Shown one piece after another: positions 33,585 to 42,473 of a stretch of DNA of 57,716 bases. Origin of the DNA: a virus; IMG/VR virus record IMGVR_UViG_3300050501_000396. The stretch is one strand, 5' to 3'. The first letter of the stretch is position 1; each line of letters starts with the position of its first letter. Both the position numbers and the translations under genes were made by a program. The notes under the pieces are model-generated. The model was not told the DNA's origin and did not search any database. It saw only the letters and a list, made by a program, of their open reading frames with translations.

Positions 33585-34549
33585 AGCTTCACTTCTCCAC
33601 CTGCGTACGTCTCGTTTCCGGTCACCGCCACATGCCCGACTCTCACGTCCCGAGTAGGGGAAGCGCGGGACCTGGCCTGGATGGTCAACTGGTCGAACTT
33701 GTCGCGCAGCTTCGCGCCGCTGAGCACGTTCGGCCTCCAGAACAGTTCGCTGCTCCGATGCGCGAAGTCGATCACGCACCGGAGCTGCTCCGGTGTCCGC
33801 TTGTCCACCCGGATGGCAAGGTCGATGTCCTTGGCCCATCCCTTGACCCCGTCCTTGGCGTCCGGACTGTGAGACCGGATGGCCTCGAGCAGGTAAGCGG
33901 CCACGTCACGAGCTTCCGTGGTCGGCTCGGGCGTGACGCGCGTGCGGGTAGCGCTGGACGCCTGGGTATCCGGATCCGGAGAAGATCCAGATCCAGAGAG
34001 ACTCTTACTACGAGGAGGAGGATGGGTGGACCCACCCATGGCACTATCGGTGACGCCACCCATGGGGTCACCCATGGCCTCACCGATCGGAGTGGCCGGA
34101 ATCACGATGGTTCCGAACGTCGACTCCCAGACCTGGACCACTGCGTCCTTCGGCTCTCGAGGGAGGGACTCCTGGAGAGAGGCCACGTGAGCGTACTTCA
34201 GAGGCGACTCGGGCAGCGACTTCCATCGCCGCCACCACGACCGGATCACCTGATGGTTGGGTCTGTGGCCGTAGCGCGGCACGTTGGGGACGCGGAGCAC
34301 GCGGCTCGCCCGGTCGTACTGGGCGAAGTCGGCCGGCAGTTGTGCCCAGAGTTCTGCGAGCCGCTCGGGCGTGACCTCGATCTCCTCGGCGATCGCCGCC
34401 CAGCCGAGCACACAGCATCCCGGAAGCCCGGCGTTGTGGCGCCCGGTGACCAGGAAGACCCCGAGCACCTTCACCTCGGCAGCCTTGCCGCGGAACGCGT
34501 CCCAGAAGCGAGGGACGATAACGCCGGTGTGCTCGAACTCGTCGCTCAA
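33581..34549 (-). CDS. putative replication initiator protein
   Basis: 322 aa immediately upstream of the loader; two domains joined by a Ser/Pro-rich linker; name from synteny. Confidence 0.45.
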   Translation of the reverse strand: MSDEFEHTGVIVPRFWDAFRGKAAEVKVLGVFLVTGRHNAGLPGCCVLGWAAIAEEIEVTPERLAELWAQLPADFAQYDRASRVLRVPNVPRYGHRPNHQVIRSWWRRWKSLPESPLKYAHVASLQESLPREPKDAVVQVWESTFGTIVIPATPIGEAMGDPMGGVTDSAMGGSTHPPPRSKSLSGSGSSPDPDTQASSATRTRVTPEPTTEARDVAAYLLEAIRSHSPDAKDGVKGWAKDIDLAIRVDKRTPEQLRCVIDFAHRSSELFWRPNVLSGAKLRDKFDQLTIQARSRASPTRDVRVGHVAVTGNETYAGGEVKL

Positions 34550-34857
34550 AACGGCACATCCTCACCGGTTTCGCACCACACACTGGGGTCACCCCAACCG
34601 CGGCCGATGTCGCGCAGGTTCGTGGCGATCTTGTCGAGCCACTCCCAGCGCTCATCGCGCAACTCGTGCTTCGTCTTGCGAGGGAGCACCCACAGGTTCC
34701 ACGCGGCCTGGCCGCAGTAGTAGACACCGCCGGTGTCACCGCCCGTGAGTCGCGGCCTTTGCCTCAGCGCCTGCGCGATGCCATGGGACCATCTGGCCTT
34801 GTCGTAGCTATCCGAACAGACGACCGGGCTGTCAGTCGTGCCAACGTGGATGCTCAT
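34546..34857 (-). CDS. hypothetical protein (103 aa)
   Basis: Trimmed to ATG 34857 (ATGA overlap). Confidence 0.45.
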   Translation of the reverse strand: MSIHVGTTDSPVVCSDSYDKARWSHGIAQALRQRPRLTGGDTGGVYYCGQAAWNLWVLPRKTKHELRDERWEWLDKIATNLRDIGRGWGDPSVWCETGEDVPF

Positions 34858-35060
34858 GGGCCCAACCTCAGCCGGCGCCGCAGTTGCTCGCGCCGGTCCC
34901 GCTCGTCCAGGCCGGCGCCGAACGCCATGCCTTCCATCTGCGCCCTGTACTGCATGGAGCTCTCGATCCACTGGCGCCGCTGGTCCATGACGACGCGGGC
35001 GAGCCACCAAGCGAAGTCGAGGCCGATGGCGGCGACCATGCACCAGAGCAGGTCGGTCAC
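34854..35060 (-). CDS. small membrane protein (68 aa)
   Basis: GTG 35060 (GTGA overlap); LLWCMVAAIGLDFAWWLARVV. Confidence 0.4.
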   Translation of the reverse strand: MTDLLWCMVAAIGLDFAWWLARVVMDQRRQWIESSMQYRAQMEGMAFGAGLDERDRREQLRRRLRLGP

Positions 35061-36262
35061 GGCGTCACCCGGCGGAAGCTGATCGCCCACACCCACGGGT
35101 TCGACGACCAGGGCGCGCGGTCCTCGTTGATGTCGTTCCACAGACGGCGGAACAGGTCGCGCGCAGGCTTGTAGTGCGCTGGGTTAGCGCCCGCTGGCAG
35201 CATGCCCTCCGCCCGTGCGTCCCTCTCGCTGATGTCCTGCAGCCGCTGGACCCGGACATCCTCAATCTCCAGGGTGATGCGCGAGGCCCAGCGGGGCATG
35301 AAGATCGAGGGCCGCCATGGCTGCTTGGGGGTACGCAGGATAGTCTTGCCCTCGACGATGACTGGCACTTGGCCGCAGTGGTCAGTGTCGGCTCGGTACC
35401 CAAGACCGGCCGGCATCTCGCCGCGCGCCTCGAACATCTGCCACGTCTCTCTTACCCAGAGGAGATCGCCCCGTCGCAGATGGCTCGTATCGAGGCCTGC
35501 GCCACACCGAGAGCACGGGCGGCATGGCTCTGGCTGCACAAACCATGCGTCACCGCCCAGCGAATGTGTTCCCTCTCCACGTCCGTGAACTTCGAGGAGT
35601 GATGCCTCTCGCCCATGGCCACTCGCCCGTGCATTCTCCGGTCCTGCCAGTTCTCGACCTGCGTTCCCCACGCCAGGTTCTCCGGCGCACAGTTGCCCGC
35701 GTCGCCGTCGAGGTGGCGCACTTGCATCGACGGCGACGGCTGCGGCCCGTGGAAAGCCAAGCAGACCAGCTTGTGCACAGTCTTCGTGACCTTCCGGTTC
35801 TCGTGGCAGAGCGTCACAGTCTTGTATGCCTGCTTCGATCCGCGATTCTTTGGCAGTCGCGCCTTCATCGGGGACCAGTCCACCCGCTCTTTGCGACCGA
35901 ACCCGGCGTACCGCGTCCGGCTGTAGATCTGTCCGTCCGAACCCGCCATGTAATCGTCGTTCGGCGAGACCGGGATGGTCCTCAGCGTCACGCCACTCGG
36001 TAGTGTTGTCATGTCCACATCCGTAGCAAGTGAGTCTGCCACCGGGCGCTCCGTAGGGGCACCACTCGGCGATGCACTTCCGCGGGGCGTCGTCGCTCCA
36101 CCATTCGGTCTTCCAGTGCCAGCCGTTCCCGCCCTGAAAAACCATCTCGTTGATACGTCGGTCCGGCTGCGGAGTCATCACCCGACGTGTCTGGCTCTTG
36201 GTCCCGGCGAGTAGGGCCCTGACCATCGGCGACGAAAACAAAATCTGACGCTCACGCATCAC
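35057..36262 (-). CDS. ASCH-like (PUA-fold) phage gene interrupted by a 573-nt insertion; conserved parts 36041..36262 and 35057..35467
   Basis: MVRALLAGTKSQTRRV...CPYGAPG || DLLWVRETW...RPSIFMPRWASRITLEIEDVRVQRLQDISERDARAEG; the 191 residues between are Arg-rich off-frame-like sequence. Confidence 0.6.
   Translation of the reverse strand: MMRERQILFSSPMVRALLAGTKSQTRRVMTPQPDRRINEMVFQGGNGWHWKTEWWSDDAPRKCIAEWCPYGAPGGRLTCYGCGHDNTTEWRDAEDHPGLAERRLHGGFGRTDLQPDAVRRVRSQRAGGLVPDEGATAKESRIEAGIQDCDALPREPEGHEDCAQAGLLGFPRAAAVAVDASAPPRRRRGQLCAGEPGVGNAGRELAGPENARASGHGREASLLEVHGRGEGTHSLGGDAWFVQPEPCRPCSRCGAGLDTSHLRRGDLLWVRETWQMFEARGEMPAGLGYRADTDHCGQVPVIVEGKTILRTPKQPWRPSIFMPRWASRITLEIEDVRVQRLQDISERDARAEGMLPAGANPAHYKPARDLFRRLWNDINEDRAPWSSNPWVWAISFRRVTP
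35452..36012 (-). CDS. HNH homing endonuclease (NUMOD4-like N-terminus + HNH_3)
   Basis: IPVSPNDDYMAGSDGQIYSR...VHKLVCLAFHG...VRHLDGDAGNCAPENLAWGTQVEN; different frame from the host gene; its stop lies 16 nt inside the downstream conserved part. Confidence 0.8.
   Translation of the reverse strand: MTTLPSGVTLRTIPVSPNDDYMAGSDGQIYSRTRYAGFGRKERVDWSPMKARLPKNRGSKQAYKTVTLCHENRKVTKTVHKLVCLAFHGPQPSPSMQVRHLDGDAGNCAPENLAWGTQVENWQDRRMHGRVAMGERHHSSKFTDVEREHIRWAVTHGLCSQSHAARALGVAQASIRAICDGAISSG
35468..36040 (-). mobile_element. HNH-endonuclease-bearing insertion splitting the ASCH-like gene
   Basis: Boundaries inferred from where the family motif CPYGxPGDxLWVRETW is broken; length 573 nt (multiple of 3); almost fully occupied by the HNH ORF. 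Confidence 0.55.
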
Positions 36263-36783
36263 GCTGCCTCCTGGTCGCTGCGGGCCCTGATCTGGCCCAG
36301 CCTGCCGGCGTAGTAGTGGTCCCAGAACATCGCCCTCGCGTCCTCACGGCACCACTCGCGCCATGCGGTGAGCGTCCCGAACTCGCGGATCACGTCCCGG
36401 TGCCCACGCCGGAGTGCCTTGGACGCCTCGTAGCGCGGCGAGTTCGCCCTCCGCCACTCGCGGTTCCCCGCCGCCTGGCACGGCCTGCAGTAGGCATGGT
36501 AGCGCTCCGCCGATGGCGTCCACCGGAAGGACCCGGGCGCCTTGTACTCGCGGCACTTCGAGCAGCGGAAATGCCCATTCTCGCCCACCCGCGAATCGAC
36601 CGCCCGCTGGGTCCGCCCGGTGCGGTGGCGCCAAGTCTTCACGCTTGCGTTGCGGCATGGGCCGCAACGATCCACCCGGCCGTCCCGCCGGGAGCGGTCA
36701 CGATTGAAGGATTCCAGGGGCAGCACGGTGCCGCACCCGAGGCACGGCTTCGTGGACGGCGCGGCTTGGCGAAGCGCGACCAT
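36259..36783 (-). CDS. Cys-rich zinc-finger protein (174 aa)
   Basis: Track ORF with several CxxC pairs; ATGA overlap downstream. Confidence 0.5.
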   Translation of the reverse strand: MVALRQAAPSTKPCLGCGTVLPLESFNRDRSRRDGRVDRCGPCRNASVKTWRHRTGRTQRAVDSRVGENGHFRCSKCREYKAPGSFRWTPSAERYHAYCRPCQAAGNREWRRANSPRYEASKALRRGHRDVIREFGTLTAWREWCREDARAMFWDHYYAGRLGQIRARSDQEAA

Positions 36784-36786
36784 GGG

Positions 36787-37017
36787 CTACGCGGACTCCG
36801 GCTTCGGCGCCCAACGGCCACGCCGGTCCACGCATCGCGTGCACGCCGGCGGGCACCTCATCAGGCTGTGGCGTGCCTGGATCGCCTCACGGCCACAGCA
36901 CGTCGCGCGCGCCGCGTACCTGGCTCGCCCGTAGTGGTCGGCCGTGGCCTCACGCAGGATGGCCCAGCAGCCGTACGTTTCACCCTTAGTGAGCTTACCC
37001 GCCTTGCGCCCCCTCAT
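36787..37017 (-). CDS. hypothetical protein (76 aa)
   Basis: Track ORF; N-terminus resembles the N-terminal region of the HNH proteins at 38410 and 41409 (G.W..L..., CC/CG pairs). Confidence 0.45.
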   Translation of the reverse strand: MRGRKAGKLTKGETYGCWAILREATADHYGRARYAARATCCGREAIQARHSLMRCPPACTRCVDRRGRWAPKPESA

Positions 37018-37259
37018 CGCCCTGCCCGCCTCTCGCGCCGCAGGTCCTCGGCATCAGCAGCCTTGAGCAGCCCCGCCTCGTTTTCGAGCAACTCGGCCAG
37101 TGCCCTGCGGCTCATCCCGCTGGCTGCGTAGAGCCCTCGGAGCTCCGCCCTCACTCGCGCGCGCACGAGGCGGTCAGCCGACGCCTCTGCGATGAGAGAC
37201 TCGACCTCGGCAGGGAGCGCGCGCCCGGTTGGAGGGCTTGGGGTAGCGGTGACGGTCAC
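37014..37259 (-). CDS. hypothetical HTH-like protein (81 aa)
   Basis: Track ORF trimmed to GTG 37259; start uncertain. Confidence 0.3.
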   Translation of the reverse strand: MTVTATPSPPTGRALPAEVESLIAEASADRLVRARVRAELRGLYAASGMSRRALAELLENEAGLLKAADAEDLRRERRAGR

Positions 37260-37303
37260 CTCTCGGAAGTACCGCTCACGCTTCTCGGGTGGCTTGCGGC
37301 GGG

Positions 37304-38419
37304 TCAACGCGCGCCGCCCTTCAAGGCCTCGCCCACGACGCAGTCGTCGCCGTGCGAGTCCGGGTGCCATCCGAAGCAGCCGCTGCAGTGGCCGAGCCCG
37401 CTCACCAGCGGCTTCGGCGGCCGCTGGCCCATCGACAGCCTCGCGGCCCGCTCCCATCGGGCCACGCGAGCGCGCAGCGCCCCCACCTCGGCGAGCAGAG
37501 CCTCGCCGGCATCGGAGGCGAGGGCGCGCTCGAAGCGCTCGACGTTCTCCAAGTGCGCGAGCGAGTCGCGGGCGTTCACGCGGTCGAGCAGCTCAAGCAG
37601 ACCCCGCTGTAGGTCCCGCCCCAGGTAGATGTCGAGGCAGTGCTCGACGCCGGCGCGCAGTTCCTCGGCCTCGCCGCCATGGGTCGTGCCGTGGACCGGG
37701 CACTTGGCCTGCGACGCCTGCAGGTCGAGCCGGAGGGACGCCACCTCCAACCGGGCGGCGTCGAGTGCGGCGTGTGCGGCGTCCCGCTCGGCTTCGAGGC
37801 GTTCATTGTCGCCCTCCACCACGCGAACGCGGGCCAGGGCGGCGTCGCGCTCGGTGACCGCAGGATGCACGATGGCGGTGTGCCCGATCGTGTCGTCGAG
37901 CATGGCGGCGATGGCGGGCAGGGTGTCGCGTGCCCGGCGGCCATACTCGGAGTCGAGATGGCTGGCGAGTTGCAGGGTCTCGCGCACGCCATGGAAGAGC
38001 GCGCTGTGCAGCGCCATCTCCGCCGCCACGTGCTTCGGCTCGACGCCACCCGGGTCACCACCGATGAGCAGACCGCTCGCCTCCTTCCACTCATCGATCT
38101 CTTCGAGCAGAGCATCGCGCTCGCGCTGCGCCTCGTTGCGCTCACCCTCCAGCCGCATGCACTCGTCGCGAAGGGCTAGCGTCGCCCGCAGCGAGCGCAC
38201 CTCTGCCACAAGAGCGGGCACATCGGCGGACGAGCGAACCGCAATAAGCAGCGACGCACCGCCCACACAGCGGTAGCAGCGCTCGCATGACACACTGTCG
38301 TAGCCCCGGGATGAGTTCACCCTCCATGCGTGCTCGCCGCCGTCGAAACAGGGACTCGGATTCGCCACCTTCGCGCGCTCCTCGATCTTGTCGAGCCGCT
38401 CGTCCGGAATCATCGACAT
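37304..38419 (-). CDS. long coiled-coil protein (371 aa)
   Basis: Track ORF; Ala/Glu/Arg/Leu-rich heptad-like segments flanked by Cys/His clusters. Confidence 0.55.
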   Translation of the reverse strand: MSMIPDERLDKIEERAKVANPSPCFDGGEHAWRVNSSRGYDSVSCERCYRCVGGASLLIAVRSSADVPALVAEVRSLRATLALRDECMRLEGERNEAQRERDALLEEIDEWKEASGLLIGGDPGGVEPKHVAAEMALHSALFHGVRETLQLASHLDSEYGRRARDTLPAIAAMLDDTIGHTAIVHPAVTERDAALARVRVVEGDNERLEAERDAAHAALDAARLEVASLRLDLQASQAKCPVHGTTHGGEAEELRAGVEHCLDIYLGRDLQRGLLELLDRVNARDSLAHLENVERFERALASDAGEALLAEVGALRARVARWERAARLSMGQRPPKPLVSGLGHCSGCFGWHPDSHGDDCVVGEALKGGAR

Positions 38420-39018
38420 GTGGCACCATTGACCGACTCAGACACGGCTCGCTCGTGACTCCAGCCGCGCCTCAGCCTGTGGGCCGCAGTCGGCACCTTA
38501 ATCCCGAACTGGCGGCACCACTCTGCCATGCACTTGGTCTCACCGGCGATTGTGATGAGCGTGTTATTACGCTTGTTCCGGTTCTGCTCCGTCGGAGTCG
38601 CCCACCGGCAGTTGGATGGCTCGTAGCCACGGCCGTTGTCGATGCGGTCGATGGAGTGGCTCCGCGAAGGAGCACGCCCCATGTCGGCAAGAAACGCCTC
38701 AAACGAGGCGTCCCACCGGGCGTCCATGGTGACGCCGCCTGCGTAGCCACGACTGCGTCGGGTCTTGATGCCTACCCAGATGGCGTACTCTCGGGTCCGT
38801 CTGCCCGGGCGTGCCTCGCCATGGGTGGACGAGCGCGCCGAAGTCATCTCACGACTGAGGCACCCACACGACGCGGTCGTGCCCCGCTTCACCGCGTACG
38901 CGAGTTTCGTGACGGTGGCGCCGCAGTCGCAGCGCATGACCCACCTCGCCTGATTCCTGGATGTCGGCACACCCTTGGACACGAATTCCAGTCTTCCGAA
39001 CTTGAGAGGGGCGGTCAC
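38410..39018 (-). CDS. HNH-type homing endonuclease
   Basis: SIDRIDNGRGYEPSNCRWATPTEQNRNKRNN motif; C-terminal HTH-like region. Confidence 0.7.
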   Translation of the reverse strand: MTAPLKFGRLEFVSKGVPTSRNQARWVMRCDCGATVTKLAYAVKRGTTASCGCLSREMTSARSSTHGEARPGRRTREYAIWVGIKTRRSRGYAGGVTMDARWDASFEAFLADMGRAPSRSHSIDRIDNGRGYEPSNCRWATPTEQNRNKRNNTLITIAGETKCMAEWCRQFGIKVPTAAHRLRRGWSHERAVSESVNGATCR

Positions 39019-39266
39019 TTCTCACCTCCGGTAGCGAGGGCGCAGAGCCAGTCGCGCACGTCACCCGGGTACCATTCATCTCGACCCGGCATCTCGTCGA
39101 ACCTCCCCGCCGCCTCCAGCAACGCTTCCTTGCGAGCAGCGGCGCGCTCTCGGGCGATGATGGCGACGAGGCGCTCCTCTTTGATGGACACCCACCCGTT
39201 TTCATCGAGATAGCCAATCTCACTCACCACCTTCTCGGCGTGCTCGCGCTCGGCCTTGTCGCTCAC
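39015..39266 (-). CDS. hypothetical protein (83 aa)
   Basis: GTG 39266 (GTGA overlap) preferred over ATG 39284. Confidence 0.4.
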   Translation of the reverse strand: MSDKAEREHAEKVVSEIGYLDENGWVSIKEERLVAIIARERAAARKEALLEAAGRFDEMPGRDEWYPGDVRDWLCALATGGEK

Positions 39267-39424
39267 GGCTGCCTCTGAATCCACCCGATGACCGCATCGA
39301 GCAGGTCTGGGTCACCACAGCACGCAAAGAAGAACGCCCAGAAGACGACTCCACCTAAGCCGAGATCGAACTTCAGGCCAACGCTATGCCCGTCTGGCTT
39401 CCCGTCTGGCTTCTTGTCGCTCAT
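39263..39424 (-). CDS. small membrane protein (53 aa)
   Basis: ATG 39424 (ATGA overlap); GLGGVVFWAFFFACCG. Confidence 0.4.
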   Translation of the reverse strand: MSDKKPDGKPDGHSVGLKFDLGLGGVVFWAFFFACCGDPDLLDAVIGWIQRQP

Positions 39425-39759
39425 CGACCACCCGCCTTCCGCTGCGCGATTTCGCGATCGAGGTACCACCTTGCCTTCTCAAGGTCGGCGAGCGGTGCGC
39501 CCTTGCGCTCGGCGCGCGCGATGTACTTCACGGTGTTGCCGAGGCGGAAGCCGAGGCCCCACGCCTCGATGACCTTGATGGCTTCGTAGGGGTTGTCGGC
39601 GCCGCCGTAGTGGGCCGGGTGGTCGACGGCCTCGGGTGTGGGCGCAGGCCCCAGTGCCTTCTCGACGAGGGTCTGCTTCTTTGCGGCGCGCTCGAGCGCG
39701 GTCATCAGCGACTCTGGCGTATCCGGCATGCCGGTGTCCTCGCAGCCTCCTGCGCTCAT
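39421..39759 (-). CDS. DUF3310-family phage protein
   Basis: HPAHYGG...YEAIKVIEAWGLGFRLGNTVKYIARAERKG...DLEKARWYL is the characteristic pattern as recalled. Confidence 0.6.
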   Translation of the reverse strand: MSAGGCEDTGMPDTPESLMTALERAAKKQTLVEKALGPAPTPEAVDHPAHYGGADNPYEAIKVIEAWGLGFRLGNTVKYIARAERKGAPLADLEKARWYLDREIAQRKAGGR

Positions 39760-39772
39760 CGAATCACCTCCT

Positions 39773-39952
39773 TCACGGCGAGGTCGCCTGGTACCACTGC
39801 AGCGGCGTGTAGCCGTCAGCGACCAATCGCGCGTACACGTCGCCCGAGCAGTCGGCGGTCACCCACAGCACCCGGCCATCCACTAGGCGCACGCGCGTCC
39901 CCGGCGCGACCTCGCGGAGCACCGTTGGATTCGCCAGCTTGGCAGGCTTCAC
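39773..39952 (-). CDS. hypothetical protein (59 aa)
   Basis: GTG 39952 (GTGA overlap). Confidence 0.35.
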   Translation of the reverse strand: MKPAKLANPTVLREVAPGTRVRLVDGRVLWVTADCSGDVYARLVADGYTPLQWYQATSP

Positions 39953-40554
39953 GCGCGCACCGTCCACTTCACCACGCACTCGCGCTTGGTGCAGCCTGGC
40001 GCCCAGCAGTAGCAAGACACCACCTTGCGCACGCGCGGCTTGGTCGTGCTCTCGGTCCGCCACTCCCAGGGCGGAGCGAAGTTGTGTCGGTAGATGCGCG
40101 GCGGGCCGCCGCCGTCGCGCCACTTCGGCGCCGGCGTGAGCACGCTCGGCGGCAGGACCACTGGCGCGCGTCCCGTCTCATCGTGCATCGCGCAACCACC
40201 ATAGTTGGCGATCGGGTACGGGCAGGGCGCTCCGCCGACCAGCGTTGCGAGGCACGTCTTCATCGCCCCGCCTCCTCCTCCGCGGCATCCGCCGCGTCGA
40301 TCAGCGCCGGCCGTCGGCACCGGCTCGCCGCCCCACGTATCGCCGCCGCCGTCGGCGTATCGCTGGTGACGGCCCTCGTGCCCCACGTCGAGAATGCACG
40401 TCACATGCGCCTTGAGCGGGTGCTGGTCACTGCACCTCATGGATGGCGTCATTGGCACCTCGGCGGCCATGATGCGTGCCTCGTCACAGAGAGCGCACCC
40501 ATCGAACGGGCCTCGCCCATGGACACAGACCCAGTTGAAGTGGTGATTGCTCAC
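39949..40554 (-). CDS. Cys/His-rich protein (201 aa); possibly two nested products
   Basis: Track ORF; the internal ATG 40263 is preceded by GGAGGAGGAGG. Confidence 0.45.
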   Translation of the reverse strand: MSNHHFNWVCVHGRGPFDGCALCDEARIMAAEVPMTPSMRCSDQHPLKAHVTCILDVGHEGRHQRYADGGGDTWGGEPVPTAGADRRGGCRGGGGGAMKTCLATLVGGAPCPYPIANYGGCAMHDETGRAPVVLPPSVLTPAPKWRDGGGPPRIYRHNFAPPWEWRTESTTKPRVRKVVSCYCWAPGCTKRECVVKWTVRA

Positions 40555-40877
40555 GCGCCACCTCTGGGCTTGGCGGCCTCGATACGTGCGAAGTAATCGC
40601 GCACCTCATCACCCACGGCCTCTGCGTTGGCAATGCGGCGCAGCAAAACGCGCGCGTCGTCGAGTTCGGACGTGAGACCCACGATGTCCCCCATGAAAGC
40701 GTCGTGCCGGTACTGGACGTCGGCGCACGGCTCGCCGCCGTGGGGCGCCGGCCTCACCGGGTCGAAGTAGACGGCATTTCGGTCACGGCACGCGTCGGCG
40801 TGGCCACTGGCGAAGACACACTCACGCCCGGCGGCGCTACGGAACGGACACGGGGCGTCGTTCTTGTACAGGCTCAC
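40551..40877 (-). CDS. hypothetical protein (108 aa)
   Basis: Track ORF with 4-nt overlaps. Confidence 0.5.
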   Translation of the reverse strand: MSLYKNDAPCPFRSAAGRECVFASGHADACRDRNAVYFDPVRPAPHGGEPCADVQYRHDAFMGDIVGLTSELDDARVLLRRIANAEAVGDEVRDYFARIEAAKPRGGA

Positions 40878-41170
40878 GACTGACCTTCCAGGTTGGGAAG
40901 AGCCGCGATCATGGCCGTCACGTCATCGCTGAGTCGACGCATCCGCAGGCTACAGATATGCTCCTGCGTGGCCACGTGAACTGCCAGCATGGTCTCGACC
41001 TCGATTAGCAACTCTCGACACTTACGAAGTTGCTCGTACTGCGTCGCCATGAGCTGCGCATTGGCGCCCCAGCAAGACTCGGCGTTCGCCAGTTGCGCGG
41101 CGAGTTGCGCGCTTCGGTTCTTCTCTGCCGCGAGCTGAATGTCCAGCATCGCGAATGCGTTGATGTCCAT
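40874..41170 (-). CDS. hypothetical coiled-coil protein (98 aa)
   Basis: Track ORF. Confidence 0.5.
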   Translation of the reverse strand: MDINAFAMLDIQLAAEKNRSAQLAAQLANAESCWGANAQLMATQYEQLRKCRELLIEVETMLAVHVATQEHICSLRMRRLSDDVTAMIAALPNLEGQS

Positions 41171-41419
41171 CTACTCAGCGCCTTTCTTTGGGGCCACGCG
41201 GCTACAGCCGGGGGCGCCCCTGTATCCCAGTTCGTCCTGTCCCATCGACGGCTCCGTGCCCTCGCTCTGGCGCACGGTCGTCTCAGGCCTCCACGCGCGT
41301 GGTTTCTTGTGCTCGCGGATCTCGCCGCTCTCGAGGTCACGCTCGCCCGTCGCCCCGCAGGCGCAAACGTACTCAGCCGCCTCGCCCGGGACCGGCCACC
41401 AGCGATGGCTATGGGACAT
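41171..41419 (-). CDS. hypothetical protein (82 aa)
   Basis: Trimmed to ATG 41419. Confidence 0.4.
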   Translation of the reverse strand: MSHSHRWWPVPGEAAEYVCACGATGERDLESGEIREHKKPRAWRPETTVRQSEGTEPSMGQDELGYRGAPGCSRVAPKKGAE

Positions 41420-41873
41420 GGGACCCCTTGGCCATGCGTATGAGCGCATCAAGCCTGCCGTCCTCGATCATGTGACATCGGCGGCAGAGCACTTCGATGT
41501 TCTCGGGAATGTTGTTCCCCGGGTTGCCGTCCTTATGGTGGCGGTCGGTGCCCTGTGCGCCGCACTTCACGCATGGGCCCCAGGCCCGCGCGTTGTCCAC
41601 ACGCTGGCGCTTCGTGACGTCGTTCGCCTCGTCGCCCTTCCATGCGTAGTGATTCGGGCCACGAAGATATGGCTTCGGGCGGATCTGGGAGCAACTACCG
41701 CACGACGTGGACCTGCCACGTCGCAGGGCGTGCTGGTTGACCACGCGCTCGACGCCACAGTCGCATCGCATCAGCCATCGCGCGAGCCCGCGGTAGATCG
41801 GTGATTGCTCCTTGAGCGCAACCCAGTACCCAAATCTCTGCCCAGGCACAACGAGGACGAGTCGTTTCCTCAT
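41409..41873 (-). CDS. HNH endonuclease
   Basis: CVKCG...DRHHKDGNPGNNIPENIEVLCRRCH. Confidence 0.8.
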   Translation of the reverse strand: MRKRLVLVVPGQRFGYWVALKEQSPIYRGLARWLMRCDCGVERVVNQHALRRGRSTSCGSCSQIRPKPYLRGPNHYAWKGDEANDVTKRQRVDNARAWGPCVKCGAQGTDRHHKDGNPGNNIPENIEVLCRRCHMIEDGRLDALIRMAKGSHVP

Positions 41874-42262
41874 CTAAGGACCGCCTTTGTCGCCTCGATC
41901 GCGGCCCGCGAGAATTCCGCCCGCCACTCCTTCGACTTGCCGGCAAACGGTCCCGTACACTCGTGCCAATCCCGGTGGTGACGCTCGCAGAACGGCACCG
42001 TGGCCAAATCAGAGCACTTCTGTCCGAGACCGCGGACTCCCATGTGGTGGGCGTGCATGGTGTCAGCCCCGCTGCACCCACGGATGACGTCGTCATGGCC
42101 GAACTCCCAGAGGAAGTCACGGCATAGGCAAGGCAGGCCGCGTACGCGGTCCATGTACTCAGCGTCACGGACCCGACCCGAGCGGCGCTGCGTCGGCCGG
42201 CACGCGCGCAGCCGCGTCCTGCGCTCGAGCGGCTTCCCGCGGCGGAGCGGCGCCCTACGCAA
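41870..42262 (-). CDS. HNH-like/DUF968-like zinc protein
   Basis: PLRRGKPLERRTRL...PC..C...HAHH...VPFCERHHRDWH pattern; family name from memory. Confidence 0.45.
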   Translation of the reverse strand: MRRAPLRRGKPLERRTRLRACRPTQRRSGRVRDAEYMDRVRGLPCLCRDFLWEFGHDDVIRGCSGADTMHAHHMGVRGLGQKCSDLATVPFCERHHRDWHECTGPFAGKSKEWRAEFSRAAIEATKAVLR

Positions 42263-42473
42263 GGCGGATCCTCACGACCACCCGGTCATCGCTATCGCTC
42301 AGGCATATGTTCTCGCCGCGCGCCTGTGCCCCGATCGCGATCTCCATCAGCGCGATGGCCTTGCGCAGCACCTCGGCCTTCGTGGTACCCATTCGCTCGG
42401 CCATGTCACCGAGGCAGTCGTAGAGCTCAGGCGACACGTCGAACGTGAGCCGGACGGTGTCCTTACGCCGCAT
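42255..42473 (-). CDS. ribbon-helix-helix (CopG/Arc-like) protein
   Basis: Trimmed to ATG 42473; VRLTFDVSPELYDCLGDMAERMGTTKAEVLRKAI. Confidence 0.6.
   Translation of the reverse strand: MRRKDTVRLTFDVSPELYDCLGDMAERMGTTKAEVLRKAIALMEIAIGAQARGENICLSDSDDRVVVRIRLA

Noticed and set aside
35468-36040. The HNH insertion as a group I intron or an intein.
   Set aside because: The HNH ORF fills all but about 28 nt of the insert, leaving no room for a ribozyme core. The host-frame translation lacks intein N- and C-terminal blocks and looks like off-frame sequence. The open host frame through the insert is expected by chance, because it starts on the HNH third codon position, where T is rare.
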